Both the position numbers and the translations under genes were made by a program. Shown piece by piece: positions 28,365-37,025 of a stretch of DNA of 64,000 bases. A model generated the notes under the pieces. The model did not search any database. It worked only from the letters and a program-made list of their open reading frames with translations, and was not told the origin of the DNA. Every line of letters starts with the position of its first letter. Within the stretch, counting starts at the first letter, position 1. Source of the stretch: Nostoc sp. (GTDB taxonomy: Bacteria; Cyanobacteriota; Cyanobacteriia; Cyanobacteriales; Nostocaceae); assembly GCA_036918135.1 (NCBI GenBank), contig JBALDB010000054.1, positions 32,001 through 96,000 on the forward strand, given 5' to 3'.

Positions 28365-28669
28365 GCGTTTATGTCAATCCTATTCATTTCACATATTTTG
28401 TGCTTGCAATAACTTTATCAATTTCTGCCAATTTTTGCTCAAAAAGAGAGCGCATTTGGTTAACGCTACTACTTTTTGATAGTAAATCTAATAATATTTC
28501 ATTTACTTTCTCAAGTAACCCTTTTAGTTGTTTTAGCTCTAATTTTTGTGACTTCAAGTATTTAGCTTTAAATTGTTACTTTTACTGAAGTAGCAGCAAA
28601 GCGATTGCCTTTGGCACACTTAAGACGCAACAGCCGAAGAAAACTTTTGCGTCTTTATGTGAAGCAATT

Positions 28670-31642
28670 CTAATGTATACCGCAAAATGGATCGCGTTCT
28701 TTATCAACTTCATTAGGTTGTAATTCTAATCCAGCAACATAAACGCATCCTTCTTGTTTGAGAGATTCTTGATTTGTGGATGTCCAATAAGGTACTTCAC
28801 CTGCGTGCATCCGTAAAATACCTTGATTGTCAAGAGTCACACGATATTGACAAGGGTAATCTGTTGTGATATCTGGTTTACTAAGTGCGCCAATTCGTAT
28901 CCATTTTTTCATTTGGGTTTTGGCGTCTGTTTGATAAATATAAAAGGTATGCTGGCCAGTTTTCGGAAAGGGAGGTAAGGGATTACTAATTAATCCGATT
29001 GCTGGTTGTGTGACACCATCGCGCAAATAATGAAATTTTTGACACAATTGAGCATCATTTCCAACTTCAAATACTAGATGATAAGCATCTGGTTGATCCA
29101 CAGTTGCAGACTCGATAACATTAACAGCAATATCACCATTACTTAAATCTTTATTGGGGCGTTCTACAGCAATATTCCACTTCAATTTTCCCTCTGAAAA
29201 TAGCACTGATGTCTCTGAAACTACTGCTCCTAAATCAATGCCGGGAATATTAATTAAATAATGGGGATTTCCTTGACAAAGCAACACCCTAAATTCGAGG
29301 CTTTGGTCAATTTCAAACTGAATTTTGATTTTTTTGATAAACTCTGCTTCTTGTATTCCTAATTTATTCATCAGGTTTTTGCCGTCGAAGCTACCCCAAA
29401 GTCGTAAATCTCCTTCTTCGTAATCTTGGCGGTAGATGATATTAGTTAATTGTATTCCTTGCCAAGGAGTACGAACTTTGGCGACAGTTTCCCAAGGAGC
29501 TAGTTGATAAAGTTCTTGACCGGCTCTGAAGATAGTCAATAAATCATTGCTTTGGGTTTTGCGCTTGAAGTTGCAGGGCAAATAATAAAACAAGTTTTTA
29601 ACATCAATTTCTAGCTGATTAGCTCCTTTACGCAATAAACTTTTAGATTCTTCGGGGTCGAATCTCAATCTTCGTAATTTTTCGGCATAGCAAGCACCAG
29701 CAGAGGTGGCTAATTTGGTAAATTCCAGAACAAAAGTAATCCGTTCTGGATTCCAGACAAAATATGGAGACTTGCTAAATTCTTGATAGATTTGGCGCTG
29801 TACTAAGTCAAGACTACAAGTTTTACCAGACAAAATTAACCAATCAACTTTTTGCGAATTCCAAGAATCGTTAGTGAGATTATCGGGACGCAAACGGCTT
29901 TCCATCAATCCTTTAGCAATCCCGATCGCTTCTTTAATTCCGGAAACGGCGGCTCGTTCAAATTGCTGATTGTCTAAGGTAACACAGATGTTATTTGGGT
30001 CTTTGACTTGCAATTTAACGGCGCTTTGGCTAATGAGTTCGGAAATTTCTTGTTCGGAAAGTGTAAAGGTTAATAGAAAATCATCAGTCGGTGGTTTTTG
30101 CCCAAGTTTCAGTTTAGCTGCTTCTGCATAATCCCACAGAAGATAAAATGTTTGTAGGCGTTGCGGTGCTTGTTGCCAACGAGTGGGCAATACTTTTTCG
30201 GCAATATCTAAAGCATCTTTATAAGCCAGATCGCCTTCTGGATTTTCCTTATCTAGACATTTTAAAAGACTGCCATTTTTAAATTTGCCTTGTTCTAAAA
30301 AACGCTCGTTTAATTCAGAGTTAATTAAATCTTCTAGTTTTTCGCTTTCGATGTCACCTGTACTAACTGCTGTTAATAAAAAATCAGCGATCGCCACTTT
30401 CAGAAGTCGAAATATTCGCAGTGTAATTAATTCACCACCTAACTGTAAATGACCAGATGAACCTAATAGTTTGGGAGTCAGTTTATAATAACGTCCTCCC
30501 AAACCTCGGTCTTCATGACCAGCAAAAGCCGGGGTTTCATCTGACAAAGTTAACTCAATCAAAGCTAAGTCTGTGGTACCGCCGCCGATATCTAAAACGA
30601 GGACATTTTGCGACCATTTATTTCCAGTTTGACGACAACGAGTTTTAAATGATTCAATACCAATATTTAAATTACCGCCAAATTCTCGCCACAAAAAGAA
30701 TATCGCCACAGAAACAGCTTCATCATAAGCAGTTTGGACATCATCAATCGCCAACTGCTCAACTAATTCTTTAACTTCCTTGCGAACAACAGGCGGAGCG
30801 ACTGTTGGGTAGGTAACAACTGCTGTTAACAAATTCCCTTCTGAAAACCTGCGTTGTGCTCGTTGGCGGTAGTCTTCAGTTAACTTTATCAAATGTGCCC
30901 AAGCAGATTGAATTAGTTGTTTGGCGGTAATTGTTTCTTCCTGACCATCCAAAATAACTGAAAACGATCGCTCCTGACCAAAATAGCGTTTGGGTGAATG
31001 ATGAAACCTACTAATAATTTCCTTTAAAGTACCGCTTGTACCTTGGGCGATCGCTTTTTTTCTATTATCTCTAGCTTCCCTACCCATCCGCAGTTGCAAT
31101 TCGGGTAAATGAGAAATTTCTGACTCACTTGGAATTTCTGTTTCACGGCGGTCGATATCTAACACAACTGGAATCAGATTTTGCGATTCTAAAGTAGGAA
31201 CCCGGAACACCTCATGATAGATTTGATAGAGTTTTTTGCTGACAGCCCGACGAAATCTTTCACTATTTCCTAAACAAAGTTCAATCTGGCGAATCGCTTC
31301 TAAAAATCGCTCTTTGTTATCAGTTTCAAAAACTTCACTTAATTTTCTTGGTTCTATTTCCAGGTTTTTGCTTATTTCTAGAATAAACTTTTCCCAATCC
31401 TCATTACTAACATCTGGTAAAGCTACAGCAGCAGGAGAACTGAGCCATTGCGACAAGCGATCGCGCAATCGCATTTCTTGTTCTTTGGGTAAAATTTCGG
31501 CAATCGGTACTTCGATGGGATCGAAAAGTGTGACTGTAGAATTTGACGTACCAAAATCTAATGCAAACCATCCCGGAAATCTTTTTTGTTGTTTCTCGTT
31601 TGGTTGTTGTTCAGTATAGTTGTTCAATTGAAAAAGGTTCAT
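28670..31642 (-). CDS. Hsp70/actin-like ATPase domain protein (non-canonical, SrfB-like)
   Basis: ALDFGTSNS, SPKRY, VVTYP, YDEAVSVA, VLDIGGGTTDLA, LGGELIT, AEAAKLKL, LILSGKT, ATSAGA. No canonical DnaK substrate-binding domain. Confidence 0.85.
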   Translation of the reverse strand: MNLFQLNNYTEQQPNEKQQKRFPGWFALDFGTSNSTVTLFDPIEVPIAEILPKEQEMRLRDRLSQWLSSPAAVALPDVSNEDWEKFILEISKNLEIEPRKLSEVFETDNKERFLEAIRQIELCLGNSERFRRAVSKKLYQIYHEVFRVPTLESQNLIPVVLDIDRRETEIPSESEISHLPELQLRMGREARDNRKKAIAQGTSGTLKEIISRFHHSPKRYFGQERSFSVILDGQEETITAKQLIQSAWAHLIKLTEDYRQRAQRRFSEGNLLTAVVTYPTVAPPVVRKEVKELVEQLAIDDVQTAYDEAVSVAIFFLWREFGGNLNIGIESFKTRCRQTGNKWSQNVLVLDIGGGTTDLALIELTLSDETPAFAGHEDRGLGGRYYKLTPKLLGSSGHLQLGGELITLRIFRLLKVAIADFLLTAVSTGDIESEKLEDLINSELNERFLEQGKFKNGSLLKCLDKENPEGDLAYKDALDIAEKVLPTRWQQAPQRLQTFYLLWDYAEAAKLKLGQKPPTDDFLLTFTLSEQEISELISQSAVKLQVKDPNNICVTLDNQQFERAAVSGIKEAIGIAKGLMESRLRPDNLTNDSWNSQKVDWLILSGKTCSLDLVQRQIYQEFSKSPYFVWNPERITFVLEFTKLATSAGACYAEKLRRLRFDPEESKSLLRKGANQLEIDVKNLFYYLPCNFKRKTQSNDLLTIFRAGQELYQLAPWETVAKVRTPWQGIQLTNIIYRQDYEEGDLRLWGSFDGKNLMNKLGIQEAEFIKKIKIQFEIDQSLEFRVLLCQGNPHYLINIPGIDLGAVVSETSVLFSEGKLKWNIAVERPNKDLSNGDIAVNVIESATVDQPDAYHLVFEVGNDAQLCQKFHYLRDGVTQPAIGLISNPLPPFPKTGQHTFYIYQTDAKTQMKKWIRIGALSKPDITTDYPCQYRVTLDNQGILRMHAGEVPYWTSTNQESLKQEGCVYVAGLELQPNEVDKERDPFCGIH

Positions 31643-31763
31643 TTTTGTATAAAATTGTTCTGTTGAACGCTAACTTTGTTATTTAGGGCGTAATCGTAGC
31701 CCAATCTAGTATAGGGGTGCAAAAACAAACTACCCATCCCAAATCTATGAAACTTTTTACACG

Positions 31764-34319
31764 TCAAACATCTAAATAAGAAACGGCGGCAATGTCTGAA
31801 AGAATCTGCAACCAAGTAGGAACTGCTATCTCAGATGGTAAGTCACCAGCCGTTAAATACCTCAGTAATGCTTCTTTTTTAGAAAGGTTTTGTAGACTCG
31901 GAATAATTCGATCCAAAATGCCTTCTAGTTCAAAATTAATTTGCTGATTTACTTCACTAACATACTGCACAAGATGAAGGCTGGCGCTAGTAGTAATTTC
32001 ATCTCGTAGTCGCAGTACTAAAAGTTGGTGGTTGGTGGATCTGGGTAAGCCTTGGCTTTTTTCTGGTGCCCAGTCAAAGATTTGACCAACGTTATGTTTC
32101 TCGTCTTGACGTGCTAGGGGAAAAATGATTTCGGGTGCAACGGATTTGTCTTTGTTACTAATTTCAGAAATAATTGCTTCTTTCCATTCGTTAGGGTCGC
32201 ATCCTAGTAATAACTTATAAAAAAGGTCGGCTTCTTCTACACCAAATTTTGATTCAATTTCTTGTTCCATTTCTGGATGGAGAATTACTTTTAATTGGTC
32301 GCGTTCTGGAGCTACTTGATTTGACAATTGATTTAACAAATCTGCCACAGCCTGACGAATGCGATCCCGGGCAAATTCTTCTACTTCTTTAACGGTTTTT
32401 TCAAATACTTGATAAAAATCATCACTCTTGGTAGGTAAAGAAGTATTGAAGCGGTTTCCTCTATCAAATAATTTGCCCGCCGCACCTTTGGATTCAGCGA
32501 GGGTGATAGTACCATTATTAACTTTATTAAATAGCAAAGTCCACTGGTTCCAATTAAGTATTTTAAAGGTAAGTTCGTCTTTAACTATATCGCTGACAAC
32601 AACACCACGTCGGTCTTTGAGTGGTTCTTTCCCTAAATCTTTTTGGAAATTCCTGTAGATTTTATCTAAAGTTTCTACCAGAAAACGCAACTCAATAAAA
32701 GCAGGACTGTCTCCCGTGGGGATGCCTTGCTCGTGAATTTCATCTATGATATCTTTCAAATGATCTTGCTGTTGACTCACCACATCGGCAGCTCTTTTAG
32801 TGTCTTCATACAATTGCTTTAAACCATGAGTACTGACGTGGTTTTGAATCAATTCCCGTAACTTCGCCAGACTACCATCTTGAGCAAAGTAACCTAATTG
32901 TCTGCCCAAATAGCTGCGAGTATCAGATTCTAACAGCCGTTGACTTAAGCGTGCCCATTTATCTTGTAGGCGTTTAGACCTGTCTAAATAATCAGGATAA
33001 TCTAAGTTAGTTAAAAACTCTGGTGAACCTGCTTTGACTTTACTCGAACGTTTTGCTAAATCAGCCAGTCCTAACAGTGGCGACAGTAAAACAATGCGGT
33101 CTTTTTGAATTGTAAACGCCTCTGCACCCTCAATGATGGTTTGCAGAACTTTGAGTTTTTGCAAAACAATGTCTTCGTGCAAATCCCTATCTTCAGTCAA
33201 TTGGTCGAGTTCTCTTTCACCTCCCTCACTCTCTAAAGGCAGTTGATCGAAGCGACCTACACCGACGAGAATTAAATCTTTCAGGTCTTGTCCAGGTCGC
33301 TGCTGCTGCATCATAGTAAAGATTTTATTAGCGCGATCGCTTCCCGGAGATTTACCATTTAGCAATACCAAAATTGTCTGTACTTCTGCTAATTCTCGCA
33401 GTGACAAAAAGGTATCTCTAGCCCCGGAATTAGCAGCTCCCAATCCCGGAAAATCAATCAAAATAAATTTAGCAGCACCCGTAACATCCCAAATTTCCCG
33501 TGATATTTTGACATCAATATCTACGCGGCGAATCAGTGGAAAGCTGTTTTGTAATAATTTTGTTGGTAACCTCTGGGGTGGACTCGGTAATCGGATATGC
33601 GCTGGCGGTAAATCTTCAAAGCTGAGAGTTTGGATGGCCATTGGCTGTTCTACTAGCTGTAGCCCTTCGCGGGCGGTAATCGGATCGAGCTGGTAGCGTC
33701 CACCACACATTACTTCCCCATAAGCTTGATAAGCCCGCAGGAATAATACTAACTCTCTAAGCAAATACCGTAATTCTAAATTGTTAGAACTGTTCCATGC
33801 TTCCTCACACCAATCAATAATATCTTTGCCAGAGTTGAGCTTTGACACTGGTATAGCTGGAAGTCCTGCTGCTGTTGTCCGCTTATTAGCTTCCCTCAGC
33901 ATGAAGTGCAGACATTCATGTACCCCTTCATGGGAAAGATATTCTACTGTAAAATTGCTGAGTTGCGTTGTTGCAAAGTCATCTTGGGGTATAATGTGAA
34001 GGGCGGTAACATTACCTGTAGTCGGGTTTTCACTTACTGGTAAAGCATCTGCATATCCAATCAAGCTGCCTAAAAGTAAAGTTTTGCCGCTGCTAAACTC
34101 TCCCATCACGCCAATTTTCACAGGCGAAGTGGCAAGATTTACAGTTTTTTCAGCAGCTTCTAAAAGACGACGGAGACAGTCATCAAGGCTAGCCGGAACC
34201 CAATCTTCTTCTTTTGAAGGGTATTGGGGTACAGAATCTATCTTCCGGAGGATGAATTCACCGTACTCTTTAAAACTGGCCAGTTTGTCTGGTTCCATAG
34301 AGTAGTTTCCGCCTAACAT
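31764..34319 (-). CDS. dynamin-like GTPase family protein
   Basis: G1 VMGEFSSGKT, G2 LPVSENPTT, G3 DFPG, G4-like GRFD, long helical C-terminal half. The start may be ATG at 34298. Confidence 0.85.
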   Translation of the reverse strand: MLGGNYSMEPDKLASFKEYGEFILRKIDSVPQYPSKEEDWVPASLDDCLRRLLEAAEKTVNLATSPVKIGVMGEFSSGKTLLLGSLIGYADALPVSENPTTGNVTALHIIPQDDFATTQLSNFTVEYLSHEGVHECLHFMLREANKRTTAAGLPAIPVSKLNSGKDIIDWCEEAWNSSNNLELRYLLRELVLFLRAYQAYGEVMCGGRYQLDPITAREGLQLVEQPMAIQTLSFEDLPPAHIRLPSPPQRLPTKLLQNSFPLIRRVDIDVKISREIWDVTGAAKFILIDFPGLGAANSGARDTFLSLRELAEVQTILVLLNGKSPGSDRANKIFTMMQQQRPGQDLKDLILVGVGRFDQLPLESEGGERELDQLTEDRDLHEDIVLQKLKVLQTIIEGAEAFTIQKDRIVLLSPLLGLADLAKRSSKVKAGSPEFLTNLDYPDYLDRSKRLQDKWARLSQRLLESDTRSYLGRQLGYFAQDGSLAKLRELIQNHVSTHGLKQLYEDTKRAADVVSQQQDHLKDIIDEIHEQGIPTGDSPAFIELRFLVETLDKIYRNFQKDLGKEPLKDRRGVVVSDIVKDELTFKILNWNQWTLLFNKVNNGTITLAESKGAAGKLFDRGNRFNTSLPTKSDDFYQVFEKTVKEVEEFARDRIRQAVADLLNQLSNQVAPERDQLKVILHPEMEQEIESKFGVEEADLFYKLLLGCDPNEWKEAIISEISNKDKSVAPEIIFPLARQDEKHNVGQIFDWAPEKSQGLPRSTNHQLLVLRLRDEITTSASLHLVQYVSEVNQQINFELEGILDRIIPSLQNLSKKEALLRYLTAGDLPSEIAVPTWLQILSDIAAVSYLDV

Positions 34320-34661
34320 AAATTTCTCTGAGCTTTATAACATATAAAATGCGATCGCCAGGGATTTATCTAACGACCTGCCTATTGGGCATTAGAAAAC
34401 TTTTCCTCAGTTTTTATAATCGGCCAAGATAATTTTGAAAAATTTGGCTTTGCTAAGAAAAATAAATATTGATTTGATATAAAAATCCCGAGGATTGTGA
34501 ATTTTCTATGAAGAGATCGTTGCTATACTCTTTTAATGGCAAATGCCCTCAATCTCCAACTTAGTTGCCGAAGACCGTTGCCATCTCAACGTCAGACATG
34601 ATTACTTCTGGTTTTACGAATTTGAAACCAAAACGTTCCGTTGGAAAGAAATTTAGCTGAG

Positions 34662-35160
34662 CATTTAGGGACTGACAAATAAAAAAATATTCCACTGTTC
34701 AGCGTCAATGGTCAACAGGAGCCAGTGCGCCCTTGCGTTCTGCCGACAGCTAAGCAACTGGCGTTCATCATTTAGGGACTGACAAATAAATATGACTTAC
34801 GCACTTAGATCCCCTGACCTGCGATAAGTTGAAGGCTTTAGACTACCCCCTTTTTTAAAGGGGTAGCGGGCGATCGAGGTTTCAGGCTTGGGTGCGTAAG
34901 TCCTAATAAAAAAATATTCCACTATTCACTGTCAACAGTCATCGGTTAGTAACTTCAAACGGGTTGAAGGAGGCAGGGGGCAGCTATACTAGAGATTTTA
35001 TTAACAAGAAGATTCAGACTTCTCCTTAATTAAAGCGACCTTTCTTAAAATTTGGTCGGGGTTTTAAACCAAAGTTCCCTACGGTCACAGCAGGAGTTAG
35101 CAGTTAGTTTCCCTCCTGCCTCCTGCCTTCCTCGATAATTTATTTCTTGGAGTTCCCCTA
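34662..35160. repeat. nested cluster of Nostoc-type dispersed repeats / miniature elements
   Basis: CATTTAGGGACTGACAAATAAA occurs twice (34662, 34769). The second copy is split by an element with inverted ends TATGACTTACGCAC / GTGCGTAAGTCCTA (34791-34905). The cluster closes with TATTTCTTGGAGTTCCCCTA. A reverse-complement copy of the same end lies at 39201-39231. Confidence 0.7.
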
Positions 35161-35292
35161 TGTAATATTTTGAAGTGCTTTTACTTCAGAAAAGACAGCC
35201 ACCTTTGTGCGGCAGTGGGAACAGAACCAGCAAATTTCATGCTGCTGGATGTGCCGTAGTAATCGGTAAGAGCAATAAGGACAGTCGTGCAT
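35158..35292 (-). CDS. small CxxC...CxxC zinc-ribbon-like protein (44 aa)
   Basis: Not in the ORF track: MHDCPYCSYRLLRHIQQHEICWFCSHCRTKVAVFSEVKALQNIT*. GAGG RBS upstream. Confidence 0.7.
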   Translation of the reverse strand: MHDCPYCSYRLLRHIQQHEICWFCSHCRTKVAVFSEVKALQNIT

Positions 35293-35339
35293 AATCGTTT
35301 ACCTCTGTCATTACTTATAGAAAAACAATCTTAGGAACG

Positions 35340-35372
35340 ATACAAATTACGGTTGAACAACTCCAGCAGATA
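35340..35372 (+). pseudogene. remnant of a crp-family 5' end
   Basis: ATACAAATTACGGTTGAACAACTCCAGCAGATA = IQITVEQLQQI, versus MQVTVEQLRQI at the start of the intact Crp gene (35989). Confidence 0.6.
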
Positions 35373-35413
35373 GAATATCTCAACTGAAGAATCAAGCAGC
35401 ACTTACTTTGCGA

Positions 35414-35851
35414 TCAAAGTTTCGTACAAGCCTGCTGCATTAAAAGATTATTGTCTTTATACACCTCTAAAGTTCCAGACTGCTGGCTATCGAGTGTGCC
35501 ATCCCATACCCAGTATTTATAATTGCGATTTTGAAACTTATACACTCGAACTCCTTCTGTTGCTTTGGCACTTCCTCTGTCTATACTCAAATTACCGTGG
35601 GAACTTGTAGAGCGATAGAGAAGTTCGCCCGATGAATGCTTTTTCCAAACATTGATATTGTATCCACCTCGGCATTTCATACTTAGGATTAAGTCAGCAG
35701 TAGAATCAGCAGAGGCTTTTAAGGAGAAATTAGCGCAAATACAGGTTGTCAGAGCAAGAAGTAACGTGGATCTTTTTAGTAGTGTTTTCATGGTTTTTTC
35801 TATGGGTGAAGTTTGGCTAGATGCGGTTAGCTTTGCTTTTGTGAGAGTCAT
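35414..35851 (-). CDS. hypothetical secreted protein
   Basis: Signal-peptide-like MKTLLKRSTLLLALTTCICANFSLKASA from the internal ATG, followed by a beta-rich domain with two Cys. Confidence 0.75.
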   Translation of the reverse strand: MTLTKAKLTASSQTSPIEKTMKTLLKRSTLLLALTTCICANFSLKASADSTADLILSMKCRGGYNINVWKKHSSGELLYRSTSSHGNLSIDRGSAKATEGVRVYKFQNRNYKYWVWDGTLDSQQSGTLEVYKDNNLLMQQACTKL

Positions 35852-35909
35852 ATCGTTACCTTGATAATCTTGAGCTATCTCTAAAATGACAATTTTTCTC
35901 TACAATTTC

Positions 35910-35925
35910 TTTGAGCTAGCTCATA
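35910..35925. promoter_or_regulatory. Crp/Fnr-type palindromic box
   Basis: TTTGA-GCTAGC-TCATA (TGA-N6-TCA) between the divergent genes. A weaker copy, CTTGAGCTATCTCTAA, at 35869-35884. Confidence 0.5.
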
Positions 35926-35988
35926 GTTGCAACAGAAAAAGTTAAATTGAAAAGAAAAAGTCAAGCCTGCCTGCTGGGGGGTTTAAGG

Positions 35989-36690
35989 ATGCAAGTCACG
36001 GTTGAACAGCTAAGGCAAATTCCACTCTTTTCTGGACTCGATTTAGATCGACTTGCACAGTTGCAAGCTCATGCTGTGGTTAAGCAATATTTGCGTGGGG
36101 AAATTATCCTCCATGAGGGCGATCGCTTACCTGCTCAACTGTTTGCTGTTCTGGATGGCAGAATTGAAATCAAGAAAACCGCTTCCACAGGTAAAGAAAC
36201 GATTTTGCGGACGTTACCTGCTGGAGAAATATTCGCTGCACCTGCACTACTTGGCAATGGCTCATCCCCTGCAACCGTCGTCGCACAGCAGGACTGTCAG
36301 ATTCTCACAATCGAACGCACTGCTTTACTAGCGTTGATTCAGAACACTCCAGAGGTTGCATTGCAGATTATTGCAATACTTACTGAGCGTCTCCAGCAGC
36401 TTCATCAAGTTGTGCATGGATTGGCTTCGGAGCGGGCAATCGTGCGGTTGGCGCAATTTATTCAAGCAGCAGCGATCGCTGAGGGAACGGACGCAACGCC
36501 ACAAGGAGTATTGTTGCGATCGCATTTGTCCTACTACCAAATTGCTCGTAGCATCGGGATTACCTACGAAGAATGTGTACGGCTGTTCAAGCAGATTCAG
36601 GCAATCGTCACTTACCATCGAGGCGGTAAAATTCTGGTGTTAGACCAAGCGAAGTTAGATGCGATCGCCCAAGGTGAATACAATCTCTAG
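35989..36690 (+). CDS. Crp/Fnr family transcriptional regulator
   Basis: LRQIPLFSGL, cNMP-type beta-barrel (ILHEGD...G.IEI...GKETIL...GEIF), C-terminal HTH SYYQIARSIGITYEECVRLF. ATG at 35989. Confidence 0.92.
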   Translation: MQVTVEQLRQIPLFSGLDLDRLAQLQAHAVVKQYLRGEIILHEGDRLPAQLFAVLDGRIEIKKTASTGKETILRTLPAGEIFAAPALLGNGSSPATVVAQQDCQILTIERTALLALIQNTPEVALQIIAILTERLQQLHQVVHGLASERAIVRLAQFIQAAAIAEGTDATPQGVLLRSHLSYYQIARSIGITYEECVRLFKQIQAIVTYHRGGKILVLDQAKLDAIAQGEYNL

Positions 36691-36743
36691 AATCAACCTG
36701 TTTTATCTGCGCCAATAGTTAGTTGTTAAAGTTATCAATAGAG

Positions 36744-36959
36744 TAAGTAGGTAGCTGGGAAAATTTATCGTTGAAATGAGGCAGGAGGCAGAAGGCAGTC
36801 CCGATGAAACAAATTTCACCACCGAGCATGAAAAATGTATTTTCCCCTACACCCTACACCCTTACACCCCTCTTTAAAGTCAGAGGGCAGGAGGAAAAAG
36901 GGTTTTAGCCTAGTTAATTTTTCTTCACATAGTTTGGTTTTATTGTGCCGACTTACTTA
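36744..36959. mobile_element. miniature inverted-repeat element containing heptamer repeats
   Basis: Ends TAAGTAGGT... / ...GCCGACTTACTTA. Internal GGCAGGA and CCCTACA repeats. Confidence 0.55.
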
Positions 36960-37025
36960 GGCGATTAAACGGTTCAACTGTTTGCAAGCATAAATCGAAT
37001 AAAATAGAAATTTCATCAAACCTCT

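Noticed and set aside
28208..28588. 126-aa plus-strand ORF
   Set aside because: Overlaps the nitroreductase antisense and AT-rich spacer; low-complexity F/S/C composition.
28670..31642. Call as canonical dnaK
   Set aside because: Only the ATPase motifs match; the size, insertions and C-terminal region differ from DnaK.
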